From Epithemia pelagica (taxonomy: Eukaryota > Protista > Bacillariophyta): a stretch of 64,000 nt of DNA. The translations under genes were made by a program, and so were the position numbers. This document shows positions 43,418 to 56,309 of this stretch, piece by piece; the stretch's first letter is position 1, and each line of letters begins with the position of its first letter. The stretch spans positions 2,790,001 to 2,854,000 of the forward strand of contig OX337231.1 of assembly GCA_946965045.2 (NCBI GenBank), given 5' to 3'. The notes below the pieces were generated by a model. It worked only from the letters and a program-made list of their open reading frames with translations, did not search any database and was not told where the DNA came from.

Positions 43418-44070
43418 TCAACCGTCACTGTCATGAGCGGTATCACTATGGTCTTTAACCCATTGTTTTTCCCATTGTTCAATTCTCTGAACGTTACTCT
43501 CCATATCTTCAATAGTATTGGATGGAACTTCATGGACAATGTTCTTGTCGTAGGCCTCACGAGCCTCGTCTAGAATGACCTGCATTATTTCACTCTCCAT
43601 GTTAGAAGATCGCTTGCGATCTGAGTATCCCCGTGATGATAGTCGATCGTACAAAACCTCTGTTTTGGTTCTCAGGACCAACACAAGGTCAAACCACTTC
43701 TCAGGGAAAATCTCACAAACATGGAAATCAACAACACATCCTATTCCTTCTTCTTCTGATTCATCAATGAGGGGTTCCATCGCATCCAGAAGCTTATCTT
43801 CATCTAGAATCTCTGTTTCCAGAGCTTCATCTCGTCCTTCCGTACAATTGTGCTCCTTTATCAAATCACCAACGCATAGGTGTCTCATTCCTAGTTTCTC
43901 CTAAAACAAACAGGATTTTTATTAGAACATTTCCGTGGCGTCATGGAGCAGTCTAAGCCATCCTTCTCTCTTACAGCTATAAGCGAAGCTGTGGTTGTCT
44001 TTCCGACACCTGGCGTCCCGGTAACGAGGATGTTAGGTCTCTTGCGGCTTGACGTTTCTTCGTCGCCCAT
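43418..44070 (-). CDS. AK6: Adenylate kinase 6 (Fap7)
   Basis: PNILVTGTPGVGKTT; intron 43901-43974; VDFH...FPEKWFDLV...LYDRLSSRGY. Confidence 0.93.
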
Positions 44071-44289
44071 GGTCATTCGCAGTCCATTGAATTCTGGGAC
44101 TCAAGTACGGTTTCTCGCGGGACTCCTTCGCTTACGGGATCGCCCGCATTTGAGCGACCGGCATGAAGTACGAAAGATGAATCCTCCACGTGTCGTCGGT
44201 TTGAGAGATTTCGATTTGGTTGATGGCCGTCACAATGTTGAGATCTCCCTCGTCTGTGATAGTGGGAGCTTATAATCTTTTGTCTTTCA

Positions 44290-46269
44290 ATGGTTACAAT
44301 GAGATTTCCGGTATCCGCTCTTCTTTACACTTTGTGTGTTTTGCTGGTACTTAGCACAGAAAATGGGGGACGTGTACTTGCAAAGAAACCCAGCAGGCCA
44401 ATAACAAGCTCCAAGAGCCGTTCATCCTCGGGACCGAGCGGCAGTCGACCTCGTGTTACTCAACGCCGAAAACCCCTGTATGAGGACGACGAAGACGAAG
44501 ATATCGGATTTGATGATGGTGGGTATGACGATCGATCGTCGAGTGTTGATGACGAGACGGACGATGGAATCTTTGGTGAAGAAGATGACGATGAGGATGA
44601 GTACGTTCCACGCCGAAAGCCTGCGAGATCTGCGAATCGCCCGCCTTCAGCGTCAAAGTTGTCGCGAGAATCTACTATTCGCTCTTCAAAACCATCTAGT
44701 AGACGTCCTCCTCAGAGTCGCCCTCCTCCTCGCTACGAAGATGACGAAGAGGAGGAATACCGTCCTAAGAGTCGCCGTCAACAGCCTGCTCGCCCAAGTC
44801 GATCACAGCCAAATCGACGTCCCGACCCTCGTCAATCAAGACCTGGTCGCCGATCGAATCCCAGCGACCGCCGATCTGGTTCAGTAGTTCCCTACACCAG
44901 GCACCAGCAACCATCTATGTTTGCACGCAGCTTGGATGCCATTCGAAGCTCTGTCCCCGACCCAAGTACTATTCGCGAAGTCGCGAGTACCTCTCTCAAC
45001 GCAGCACGAGCGACCACTTCTTCGCTTTCAGCAAACATTTATCGAGAAATCAAAGGCCTAACGAGCTCAGAACTTGAGCAGGTTTTGCTTAAAGCCACGC
45101 GACCTGACGACAGTCCTGTCAAGGGCAAGCACGTAGAACGCTTGGTGGGGGTTACCTACCAAATTAGTTCTCGTTTCGATATTTATGATGCTGTTCTTCG
45201 GAAACTCTGGGCGAAAATGGCCGAAAAGGATTGGAGAACGAAGGTCAAGGCTCTTTACGTCTTGCACCGCTTCTCAGCAGATGGAGCTCCGGAACATGCA
45301 GCGGCTCTGAAAGCCCACTTGCGAGAGCTTCGACGCACACGAGACCCCAAACGAAAGGACAAGTACTTCAACTCGAAGCAGCTTTTGGCTGGCGACTCTA
45401 AGCCCGAATATGCAAAGTTCTTTGCTTTCATGTCGAGGTACGCTCACTACGTGCTTCTCCGTGCGCAATGTTTTAGTGGATCGTTTGATGAAATTGCCGC
45501 CGAACCAAAAGTAGACAGGAAGAAAACTCCAAAACCCATTACCAATACGGCTCTCCGCGCAGAGCATTTGGACGCTGCAGCAGTTCTTCTCAAGGCAGGA
45601 TTAGCGTGTCAGCTGAAGGATGGGGAAGACTGCGAAAACACAGCCATTGCTGCCGAACGTGTAGCGTCTGACCTCATTGGCCTTACCGGCGCGGTTGCTA
45701 TCGCACTGAATCGCGTTCTTAAGGAGGACAATCTCAAGGGCGGAGACCCAGTATTAATCCAAAAATGGTGTGAGTTGTACAAGAAACAACTGTTGCCCCA
45801 AACAAAGACCATGGTCAAGAAGATTTCTCCGAAATTGGACGCCTATGGGCTGTTTTTGCCTTCACGAATGGGTACGTCTGTCTCTCAAGAACTTCTTGAA
45901 AGGGGTCTTAACCTTCTTGAAGAAGATGACGAAGAGGATGAAGAAGCGGGCGAAGACGAAGGAGCCGCCGCTGGGAAGGATGATGCAGAGGAAGACAAAG
46001 CTGCTGAGGAAGGCACTGAAACCAAGGTACCAAGAAAAAGGGCAGACGCGGAAGCAGACGAAGGCGTCGATGACGACGAAGATGAAGAAGTGCCCTCGAA
46101 GCCGAGTAAAGCTCAGAAATCACGAAGAAGGCAAGAAGAAGAAGAAGAACAGGAAGACGAGGAAGAGGACGACCAGGGAGAGGAGGATGAGAAAGGTGAT
46201 ATGGAGGACGATGAGTATGAATATGAGGAGGAAGAGGAAGAATACTATGATGACGAGGACGAAGAATAG
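44290..46269 (+). CDS. ANTH/ENTH-domain protein with N-terminal signal-like peptide and acidic tail
   Basis: LLKATRPDDSPVKGKHVERL...KDWRTKVKALYVLHRF matches ANTH helices; hydrophobic N-terminus. Confidence 0.7.
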   Translation: MVTMRFPVSALLYTLCVLLVLSTENGGRVLAKKPSRPITSSKSRSSSGPSGSRPRVTQRRKPLYEDDEDEDIGFDDGGYDDRSSSVDDETDDGIFGEEDDDEDEYVPRRKPARSANRPPSASKLSRESTIRSSKPSSRRPPQSRPPPRYEDDEEEEYRPKSRRQQPARPSRSQPNRRPDPRQSRPGRRSNPSDRRSGSVVPYTRHQQPSMFARSLDAIRSSVPDPSTIREVASTSLNAARATTSSLSANIYREIKGLTSSELEQVLLKATRPDDSPVKGKHVERLVGVTYQISSRFDIYDAVLRKLWAKMAEKDWRTKVKALYVLHRFSADGAPEHAAALKAHLRELRRTRDPKRKDKYFNSKQLLAGDSKPEYAKFFAFMSRYAHYVLLRAQCFSGSFDEIAAEPKVDRKKTPKPITNTALRAEHLDAAAVLLKAGLACQLKDGEDCENTAIAAERVASDLIGLTGAVAIALNRVLKEDNLKGGDPVLIQKWCELYKKQLLPQTKTMVKKISPKLDAYGLFLPSRMGTSVSQELLERGLNLLEEDDEEDEEAGEDEGAAAGKDDAEEDKAAEEGTETKVPRKRADAEADEGVDDDEDEEVPSKPSKAQKSRRRQEEEEEQEDEEEDDQGEEDEKGDMEDDEYEYEEEEEEYYDDEDEE

Positions 46270-46799
46270 AATCTCAGTTTTACCAGAGACCACCTACCAA
46301 GGTTCCTGTCTAACTATAATCACTCGGTACTTAGATTTATCAATCTGTTTCTCAACATCCAGCTTAGTCAGATTGTTGTAAGTTTCAAATGACGAGAATA
46401 CACATTCGTAGGCCGATGGTCGGCAAGTTGGTGTTGTAGGTCATGGTTAAGTAGCTCCGTGCCCTCGTACTCTGGAAGGGTAGTTCTTTATAACCTCGCA
46501 CTGGATGGAATATTGAAAATCGATTCGATGAATACTGAAATATTACACTATAATGAATAAGTACAAATACATATTCAACGACAGAGAAAGAGACCGAAAA
46601 TGTTGTATGACGACAGAATATGGACCCAAATATACATGTGCAGTTCCCTTTTGCTGTTCTTCCTGTTCGCTATCACAGAACTCCATTCGTGTTGCATGAT
46701 ACCTTTGGACGAAAGAGAGATATTCATTAAAGAACCAACTTCATAGCCACAAATATCATATTGAAGAAAACAAACTTACTCCTATTAGAGAGCTGGAAG

Positions 46800-48563
46800 A
46801 TGATGCAAGTCCACGAGACAGCAATGCAAAGTCGGACACTAACCGACGTACAGAAGCCACCGACGAAACTGCGAAGAGGATCATTTTCAGAGGGAGAAGC
46901 CTTTTTCCTTCGTAAGCTTCTCCTTGACGCAAATCCTGTTTTTGGCCCAGATGGCCCTGCAAGTGATCAGCCAAAGAGAACACTTGATGATGAGGTGCTT
47001 CTTTCGGTTCCCCTGATGCACGACACTCCTGCCCCCGCTCCAACAAGACCTTCTATATCGGCAAAGCTGCCGTCCAGCCACCAAAAAGCCAAAAGACGTT
47101 CCATCAAGGGTCTTTGGGAAGCACATGCAAGTGGTGTAAATCCAAAATCGCTGACTCGACGCGGATCGCTGACTCTCAGCGGTTCTTCACCTGAACTCCG
47201 ACAACTCATCGAAGAAGAGGAAGAAGCCGCCAGGAAAGCTGTGACAGAACAATTAGCTAAAAGACAATCTTTGACTGCCGAGGACGATGACGATGACGAC
47301 GCACTCTCAGACCAAGAGGTGAGACCAGAAAAGAAGGCTGCAGATGAGATTTCGGTAGCGTCGTCATGGGACGAAGAAGATGATCACAAAATGTTCAACA
47401 CATGGGAGGTAAGATATCTTTCCTTTTTTCCGTTATCAATCATGCGTATTAATTTCGCTCACACGTGCTCTCTGACGGTAACAGGTGCTGAAAGATGAAT
47501 ATGCCATTGACTTTGGATTCGATTACAACACCGAGCATGTGACAATCGAAAATATTCTTGCCGACGATGACGTCGGTAATACATTCAAGATTTTGGGTAC
47601 TTCTGCGGATGATGTCAGTTCACACCCCCATGTTCTATCACCGCCACTTTTGGATGCACTGTCGAATTTCCTTCCCCAGGAACTCCAGGGTCAAAACTTT
47701 TGGATGAGGTAGGTCAGGTCGATGTTTTCAATACTCTCTCTCCTGCGAAGATCTAACCATACGCTCCGCCGAGGAAATGCAGGTTTTCATTAGTACGTGA
47801 TGGAGCCAGCCTGGCAACTCTCAGAGAGTACGTCCGAGCTGCATCGTACACAATTTTAGCAATTGAGACCCCAGATGGACAGGTTTTCGGGTCTTTCACC
47901 AGCAGCACCTGGCGAACCAATTTGGGTTTCTTCGGAGGTCCACCAGCTTTTGTGTGGAAAATGAGACATAGTCGCCGGACGAGATGTGCTTCGTTATTTG
48001 ACCAAGCACAACTCGAATCAGAAATCGACGTGTTCAGTTGCATAGAGCCTGAACAACTTGTCCAGGCATGTCGTCACGATTCGTTGTCTGTTGGAGGAGA
48101 CGACGCCCCTTTGGTACCTATGGAGGGGAAATCTTCAGAAAGTATGGACGAGGATGGGTTTGCAATAGCAGTCGAAGAGGACCTCATGGGAGGAACAACG
48201 AGTCCATCGAGGACTTTTAAGAGCCCTGCGTTGCGTGGTCTGGGCGAGAAAACTTCTGTTTTTGACATCGCTGGTCTGGAAATTTGGAGTTTCACACCAT
48301 GCATGGATGTCTCATCAGCTCAGAGATTAGAGATGACAAAATATTACATCGAAGAAAGTTCCCGAGGCGGGACAAGTACTCATTCTGCTGATTCTGTTGA
48401 TTCGTTTGGTAGCAAGGACTTGATTCAAGAAAAGTTTTACAGACGTGTGGGCTATGATCTGGAATCTGAGGAACGACGCCAGCGATGGCAATACGCGAAT
48501 ATGATGAATCCGACAGGTTCGAACACCCGTGGATTCGGAGCAAGTCCTCGATTTGTTTCCTAG
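46800..48563 (+). CDS. TLDc-domain protein (OXR1/NCOA7-like), multi-exon
   Basis: HVLSPPLLDAL...LQGQNFW, RDGASL, AIETPDGQVFGSF and FDIAGLEIW. Confidence 0.82.
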
Positions 48564-48699
48564 GTAGTACGAGGATGAGTGCAACCTTCCTAGTACTCTG
48601 GAAGACAAGTTGCTAAAAGTATTATGAGTATCAAGAACACCTCTGTTCTCGAATATGTATTAGAGATACATTAAAAATCTATGTGCCAAGAGATCTGAC

Positions 48700-49619
48700 T
48701 TAGAAGTTGAGGAGGTTTCCCTCGAAAGGTGCCATGACTTCACCAGAGTATGGCTTGACAATACCGGTAAGGGCAGGGACAGATCCTGGGATGGTTTGTT
48801 CGCAAAGGAAGCCGAAGATACCAAGCATGGCAAGACGGCCATTGTTGATTTCCTTCTTGAGTCCGGCGGCCTTGGCTTCTTCAGACTTGTTCTTGGAGAA
48901 GCCAAAGGGGTCGAACAAGTTGAAAGGAACGGGGTGGGGAATGTCGTCGAAGGCAGGCTTTAGGATGAAGAAAAACAAGTTTAGATCGGACTCTGTTCTC
49001 TGTTTCGAGCATCAGACAAAAACATCAAACACTTACGTATTTTCCGGGGGTTCCTCCGCTCATGTAGTGGGGCAATGCCGAGGAGGCACCAGAGGCAGGG
49101 CTCAATTCGGAGTAGAACTCAAGGAAGCCAACAAAAGCAATAATCTGGAGCTTGGATGCGAAAGGAAGGGCATCCCATTGTTCCGGGGGGCTGAGGTCAG
49201 TGGAAGGGTGGGGAGTTCCGGAGGTGGTCAAGGCCCAGGGGAACACAAAGTTGCTCTGCACAATGTATCCAACGAAAGCGGCCATGGCAACACGTCCGTG
49301 CTTGATTTCGGAGTGACGCAACCAGGCAACAGTCTTTTCCTCAGAAGTTCCCCAGAAGGAAGCATCGCTCAAGGAAAGGGGGTCGAAGTACTTGATGATG
49401 GGGTTCAAGCCGGCGGCGAGTTCTTTAAGGTCCTCCTGTGTTCACGAACCATCGACAGTAATGGTGTGTTAGCACTGCCTGAGCAAACAATGTGGCTTGT
49501 TTTCAACCACTATTATTACCTACCTTGGTTTCGTGCACAGCGGTGTTGACACGGCTGGGGGCACTAGGGGCGAAGGCGGCGGCACCGCAGAGGGCAGAAG
49601 CAAAGACAAGACCCTTCAT
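48700..49619 (-). CDS. Light-harvesting (fucoxanthin-chlorophyll) protein, multi-exon
   Basis: Presequence MKGLVFASALCGAAAFAP; WLRHSEIKHGRVAMAAFVG; KKEINNGRLAMLG. Confidence 0.93.
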
Positions 49620-49872
49620 TGTGTTGGTTGTTTAATAGAACAAATAAAGTGACACGAAGGGTGAGATGAACTACCTACTGTGGACGAAGATACCATCAAA
49701 CCGAAGGTTCAACCCCCCATGCGTGGGGTGTTGGCTCTTTGGCGCCTGTTGGCACGAGAATCGGGAGAAACGCGACTCAAAAGTCGCCGTGGTGATATGC
49801 GACTGAGCAACCTGCATGACACACTCGCGGAGGCTTCTATGAGAATCTACCCCTAACAACAACCCCAAATCG

Positions 49873-51937
49873 TTAAACTATTGCGGAGCCTGTGTTTCGA
49901 TGCAGTTCAGGTTCAGGCATTGCCTCATTCAAGAACACAAATGCGTGTCTCCAGGTACTGGAAAGTTCCCGGGTCAAGTCAGGGTGTTGGGCCTCCATTG
50001 CGTTGGGAGAATCTGCCCAGCATACAATCAACGTGTTGACTGCTCCTTTTATAACATTCGTCATAACGGATGCCACCCAAAGTCCAATGATAAATCCAAT
50101 GAAAGCAGCCCATGCGCCAGGATGAGGGAGTGAACCAAAAAAGAAGGAATCACTTTCTTTGATCGGTCCCTTTGATTCCACTGGTGACAATGAATATTCC
50201 AACAGCCATGCTGTAAAAGCGGTAGCCAGGGCAATTAAAAAAGTGGTGAACGCCAAAACATAGGAAACCAAGTTGTCTGTGATGATCGCGGTGAACCCTC
50301 GTGCACGAAAGAGCTCCATCACTCTCTTTCCACTCTCCACGTAAGAGTACCCATAAAGACCCACAAAGATGTAGGCCCACTGGTTGAAAGCACGTATCAA
50401 CTCCTCCAAGAGATCAGCAATACAGTCCAAGATACAAAGGAGTATGCTACCACAAGCGTCATTGGTGTCTGGATCTTGTTGTCGTTGTGCCCGCGCCGAG
50501 TCAATCAGGAATCGAAAAACTGCTACCAGTCCTTGCAGGAGCGAGCCTAGACATATGGACCCAAATGAGAATGTCATGCTTCTGTAGAGGGAGCCGAGTA
50601 TTGCCGACGAACAGCAGCTGTCAGCTTCTGACTTGTCGAGGCACCATGTAGCCATAACACCTGCTACACAAACATGCATGGTATTCTTTCACCCACAATT
50701 AAGAAGTAAGGGAAGGGACCAAGTCCAGATGGTACCAAAAAGCAGGCTATACATCAACTCACCATCACAATGGCACTCGTCCAATAGAGTGACAGCAAAA
50801 AGAAAAGCAGAGTGTACATGGAAGGATCACACACATTGCTGTAGTTATCGGAGTCGACATCAGAGTCGAGGTCTGGGTGTTCCGCATGACATTTGCTGTT
50901 TTGGAAAACAAGTGTACCTTTCAAACAAAAAAATAAGAGCCACATCAAAGTGAACGAGGATCTTTGACACAAAGAGCTTGCTTACCAACAACTACATAAA
51001 ACCAATAGACGACCCACAAGAAACCAACTTGCGAGAAGAAAAATGCAACAAGGAAGATGCCACAGTTGCAACCAATGCCCTCCAACGAGATCTTGAGGTT
51101 GATTCCTGAAGCAATGTGGAATGCAAATGAGAATGAGGGAATCCGCAGAATCACGGTTGCCTTTTTCTCACAGTATCACGTACCAGCAAAAGGGACCATT
51201 TTCCACGCTGCACGTATGTAATACGCGACAGACAGCAACGCAACGCCACTGAGAACCATGAGAAATATCCATCCTGTGGATATTGCTGCACCGATCAGCA
51301 ACAGTGCCGTCCATCTGCCCCCATGTACCAAGAGAAGCAAGATCTAATGAGTGTTCTTTTTAGACAAAAAAGCTTCAAAGGATCGAGTTCCATCCACTTA
51401 CGCCAATGAAAGACTCAGACAAATATATATCATGGTTTTTGGACAAGGTTTTAGTAGGGCACCCGTCCCAAAGAGCCCATACAGAAACGAAGCAACACAA
51501 CACGGTATAACCATGCAAATACCAATTCGTTCTGGATATACTTGCATGAACGCGGCAACTTGATCCAGAAACAAATTAAATTCTCGCATATCGTCGTCTG
51601 TGACATCGTCACTTTTTTGCATTTCTTGTTGGAAGTAATCCATATCAATATGAAAGTTCTGGAACCCCTTGGGTGCCACCGATATGCTTAACCACACCAT
51701 GACGGCCAAATGAATCAGAAACAAGAGGGCGAAGGGGACATCTTGCCATTGAGGTGCAACTACAGTGCTATCCAACTCGCCGTCGGTTTGTACCGTGGTC
51801 AAGGGAACGACGTGTTCGTCCTCCTCTTCATCGGCTGTGACGACGGCAACTTGGCCCGCTGCTTCATAGTCTTGAACCGCCGTGACATGTACGATTGGCG
51901 TGGTTTCTGAATTTCTCATGCGTCCCATTTTTTCCAA
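49873..51937 (-). CDS. Choline transporter-like (CTL/SLC44/PNS1) protein, multi-exon
   Basis: WQDVPFALLF, SFGSICLGSLL, FNQWAYIFVGLYG and TLIVCWAD. Confidence 0.85.
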
Positions 51938-52192
51938 ACAAAAAATGCGGTGACGGCGAAGAGTGTCATGGTCGATCCGAGTCGTGTTTCGACAAGGCGT
52001 AGTATATATCTATCCTACAATACGCCATCACCTTTCCCGCCCTCTAGCAACAGTAGACTCGAGCGTATCCAATCTGGTTTGTTTGACAACCGAAACGGAC
52101 GACTATACACTGCAAGCGAAATATATCATCCAGCCGTATGATTCTAGAGTAATTATATCATGTATCCCACCATGGCCGTGATAAGCAGCCGT

Positions 52193-53755
52193 CTAGTAAC
52201 GGTAGGATTCGGGTTTGAAGGGACCTTCCACGGGGACGCCAATGTAGTCGGATTGCTCTTGGGTGAGCTTGGTAAGCTTGACGCCCAAGGCAGGCAAGTG
52301 AAGACTGGCAACCTTTTCGTCCAAAGTCTTGGGGAGAACGTAGACTTGTCCACGTGCGTACTTGTTGGTGTCCTTCTCCTTCCAGAGTTCAAGTTGAGCC
52401 AAGACTTGATTGGTAAAAGAGCAAGACATGACAAAGGAAGGATGACCAGTGGCACATCCCAAGTTGAGCAAACGACCTTCGGCAAGGATAATGACGGCAT
52501 TGCCACTTTCGAAAGTGAACTTGTCTACTTGGGGCTTGATGTTAGTGCGCTTGGCATCCTTCATGAGACCGTCCATGTCGATTTCGTTGTCAAAGTGACC
52601 AATGTTTCCGACAATGGCGTTGTTCTTCATCTTGGCCATGTCAGCGGCCATGATAATACCCTTGTTACCGGTTGTGGTGATGAAAATGTCACCAGTAGGA
52701 AGGAGGTCTTCAAGTGTCATGACTTGGAACCCTTCCATGGAGGCTTGGAGGGCACAAATGGGGTCAATCTCGGTCACGTACACGACGCAACCACAGGCAC
52801 GAAGGGCAGCAGCGCAACCCTTACCGACATCTCCGTATCCGCAAATAACGGCCTTCTTTCCGGCAAGCATGACATCGGTGGCGCGCATGATACCATCGGG
52901 GAGGGAGTGCTTGCAACCATAAAGATTGTCAAACTTGGACTTGGTGACCGAGTCGTTGACATTGATGCAGGCCATGAGAAGGGTTCCGGCCTTTTCCATG
53001 GTGTACAAACGGTGAACACCAGTGGTGGTTTCTTCGGAGATACCCATACAACGAGTGGCAATCTTGTTCCACTTGTCGGTTTCGCCGGCCTCGAGGAGAC
53101 GACGGATGATGGAAAGAACAATCTTGAATTCGGCATTGTCGGTGGATGCGGGATCGGGGAGAGTTCCGTCCTTCAAGAAAAGGTCCTCGGCCTTCTTACC
53201 TTCGTGGATAAGAAGGGTCATGTCACCACCGTCATCGACAATGAGATCGGGACCGTGGCCCTTGCCGTCGTCCTCCGGCCAGGTGACCGCGTTCAATGTG
53301 CACTCCCAGTATTCCTCCAACGATTCGCCCTTCCAGGCAAAGACGGCGGCCGATTCGTCACGGGCAATGGCGGCGGCGGCGTGGTCCTGTGTGGAGAAGA
53401 TGTTACACGAGCACCAACGAATGTTACCGCCGAGTTTCTGGAGTGTCTCGATCAAGACGGCCGTCTGAATGGTCATGTGAAGGGAACCCGAGATACGGGC
53501 ACCTGCAAATGGCTGCGCGGGGCCAAACTCCTCACGGCAAGCAATGAGACCAGGCATCTCGACTTCAGCGAGTTCAATGTCCTTGCGACCGTAGTCGGCG
53601 AGGGAAATATCAGCAACTAAAGACGGTCATTGGTCCCATGTGAGAAAGATACCAAAGATACATTTGATCGCTACCAGATTTTGATGGCAGACAAGGCCAC
53701 CCTTCGTCTCCAGTATGGTCCAGTCTTACGTACCTTTGTAGTCTCCGGTAGACAT
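52193..53755 (-). CDS. AHCY: S-adenosylhomocysteine hydrolase
   Basis: Exon 1 MSTGDYK (53734-53755); intron 53617-53733; [38 protein letters not shown] and PFKPESYRY. Confidence 0.97.
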
Positions 53756-54358
53756 GGTGGTAATCTAGGTTCGTCGGGATTCCTTTGCAAGTCTCGGTCA
53801 GTGAGATTTTATGAGGTCGACGAAACGGCACGAGATGATCTCTCTGGATCTCCGACCAAATCTTGGCGCAAAAAACAAGTGCGTGTTGTCTGACTTTTGA
53901 CCCGGACGGGCAAGAAGTCAGACTGGTTGGAGGTTGTCAAGCGAGGTCTCATCCACGTGGACACATGCCGTACGGTACCGGATGTCATGCGATCCAATCA
54001 AACATCTCCAATCATGTCACTCAGCTGTCATCCTGGGTGGAACGTTCCACTTGACGACTCCCGAGAACGTGCTTGTGGTGGTGTCTCATCCCCCCAAACC
54101 ACAACCACATACGACTGCAGCATGCGACTGCGACTGAATGCCTCGCACTTTCGTACACGACCACGACTACAAAGGGGCAAATTTCTCGCTCCCCGAGTCC
54201 TGGATACATCCAATATCCCTTGCACGGGATATGAAAGCAGCATTTTTCATGGACGTCTTGGAAGCCGGTACCTCCTGTCCGTCGACCGTTTTGGCACCAT
54301 TTCGGTCGCGCTGATTTCCCCGGGGTTCTTCAGTTTTTTTCTGGTGCGCTGAGCAATC

Positions 54359-54368
54359 ATGACGTCAT
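54359..54368. promoter_or_regulatory. ATGACGTCAT palindrome (bZIP/CRE-type site), also at 29681-29690
   Basis: Exact 10-bp palindrome upstream of the sigma-factor ORF and upstream of RRP8. Binding is inferred. Confidence 0.35.
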
Positions 54369-54539
54369 ACATCTGGCTTGAGTTTCGCCACATCCATCAC
54401 ATTCGGCAGCACCAACAAAGCAATTACCCAATCCCAATCTACGTAGTTTTAGCAAGAAAACCATCCACATCACCTTTCTCGCCTCGTTCTTCTCCTCCTC
54501 TTTTGTGTACGGAGTACGGATCATACACTACATTTCACT

Positions 54540-56309
54540 TTGAGCCATTGGTTCGATACTGCCATGAATACTTGCAATGAGAGGATACGGGAAGAGTCTT
54601 CTCGATCCAGGAACCATGGCACCATGACAAATTCACGAACCAATAGTGGTTGGCATTTGTATTGGGGACCAAGGCGTAGCGTCAATTCACTGACTTTTGT
54701 TACTTTTGCTGCCCTTTCATGGACCGGGGTATCGGCGTTTTGTCCTGATGCTTCATCGATCACTCGCTCTTGTGGTGGTAGTGGTGCTCGTGAAATGGAA
54801 TTTGGCAGAGATTCGAACATGCCTCGTTCCATGTCAACCTTTGCCGAAGTGGAGAATCCAGCCCGAACCTCTAGCAACTTTGTTCGTTCACCCCGTCCGG
54901 TGATGGTCGAGTCGGAATCGACAAGACACCAACGTGCAGAAATCGAAAGGGTCGCATACGGCTCCGAACATGTCCCCTATGGGACTTGCAATTCACAGTT
55001 GGCCAACAACACTACCGACCACGTGACTGAACGGCGAGTTCAGTTCAAGGGTCTTTCCACGGGGCCGAATCGCAACAGGCATCGAACCAAACTTCGAATT
55101 TCCGAACGAGGAGGAAGGATATACTCGTCTACCATGCCCGGGTTTGGTGTCGAGTCTGATCGTTTGCGAGCATATCGAGACGGTGTCCGCCTCGCCGAGG
55201 TGGAAACGGGCCGCAAAAGTGCCGAGAGCACCGAATCGGAACGGGAAAGAAAGCGCCGACAACATGGAGAAACATTATACCGAAACAGTGGAGCTGTTCC
55301 GGAAAGTCTTATGCAATTCGCAGGTGCCATTCATCAAGAAGAACGCATCTCCAGGAAAGAGGAGATTGAACTGGGAGAGCTCACACAGGAAGCGGTTCGT
55401 CTGCAACAGTTGTACGACCGCCTCAAAGACAAGCTCCAGCGTGAACCGACGGACAATGAATGGTGTGCAGCGGCAGGGAAGATCAATATGAACGCCATTG
55501 AACAGGCGATTCAGGATGGATTTGAAGCCAAGAATCGACTGGTGGCCTCGAACCTCCGGATTGTCCAGAGTGTTGTCAATATCTATCTCCGCAATGGACT
55601 CTCGGCGCAATACAATGCCGGCGACATGATGCAGGAAGGTATTCTAGCTTTGATTCGTGCAGCCGAAAAGTTTGAACCTGAACGAGGGTGGAAGTTTTCA
55701 ACATATGCAATGTATTGGGTGAGAGCATCTGTGAAACGCAACCAGGTTGCTCAATCAAGACCAGTCCCAGTACCACATCGAGTTTATGAGAACCACAAGC
55801 GTTTGCTAAGAACCCAAAGAAAACTCGAGCTCTCTTTGAATAGAAGGCCGACAAAGAGGGAGCTGGGAGATGCTGTTGGCATGTCCGAACTTCAAGTGGA
55901 GCGTTGCTACAATGCCATGCAACAAAAGTTCTACTCTCTGGATCAAGAAATTCGAAACACGAAAAAGCCTCTCCGCGCCAACGAACGGAATGATCGCCTG
56001 GTGGAAATCGTCGAGGCCAGGGTGGTTGACGACGAGTTTAGTCTCAATGCAGTTTCTCTGAGGGAAGCGTTTGTGGAGACTCTGAGCCGACACCTGACAG
56101 CTCAGGAAGTGGAGCTACTAATGCTTCGATACGGATTGAAGGACTGTCCTGAGCATGAGAAGGTTGGGGGACAGCCGACGATCGCCGAGCTGAGCCGTCA
56201 CTTGAATCTCACTCCCGACAAAGTTCGCCGGATCATTAAACGAGCCTTGAAGCAACTGAAGGAAGTGGATCCACAAGAGTGGCTCGTATTCAAGGAAGAG
56301 CTATGCTAA
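54540..56309 (+). CDS. Nucleus-encoded plastid RNA polymerase sigma-70 factor
   Basis: Region 2 LVASNLRIV...DMMQEG...AAEKFEPERGWKFSTYAMYWVRAS; region 4 HTH; hydrophobic segment ending VSAF. Start uncertain. Confidence 0.92.
   Translation: MSHWFDTAMNTCNERIREESSRSRNHGTMTNSRTNSGWHLYWGPRRSVNSLTFVTFAALSWTGVSAFCPDASSITRSCGGSGAREMEFGRDSNMPRSMSTFAEVENPARTSSNFVRSPRPVMVESESTRHQRAEIERVAYGSEHVPYGTCNSQLANNTTDHVTERRVQFKGLSTGPNRNRHRTKLRISERGGRIYSSTMPGFGVESDRLRAYRDGVRLAEVETGRKSAESTESERERKRRQHGETLYRNSGAVPESLMQFAGAIHQEERISRKEEIELGELTQEAVRLQQLYDRLKDKLQREPTDNEWCAAAGKINMNAIEQAIQDGFEAKNRLVASNLRIVQSVVNIYLRNGLSAQYNAGDMMQEGILALIRAAEKFEPERGWKFSTYAMYWVRASVKRNQVAQSRPVPVPHRVYENHKRLLRTQRKLELSLNRRPTKRELGDAVGMSELQVERCYNAMQQKFYSLDQEIRNTKKPLRANERNDRLVEIVEARVVDDEFSLNAVSLREAFVETLSRHLTAQEVELLMLRYGLKDCPEHEKVGGQPTIAELSRHLNLTPDKVRRIIKRALKQLKEVDPQEWLVFKEELC

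Noticed and set aside
52160-53620. 486-aa plus-strand ORF (and similar long antisense ORFs at 18339-19148, 48707-49549, 57342-58277, 26443-27183)
   Set aside because: These are shadow frames opposite well-supported genes with biased codon usage and have no recognisable motifs.
53760-54350. SAH/SAM riboswitch or other structured RNA upstream of SAHH
   Set aside because: No recognisable conserved riboswitch stem or core was seen.
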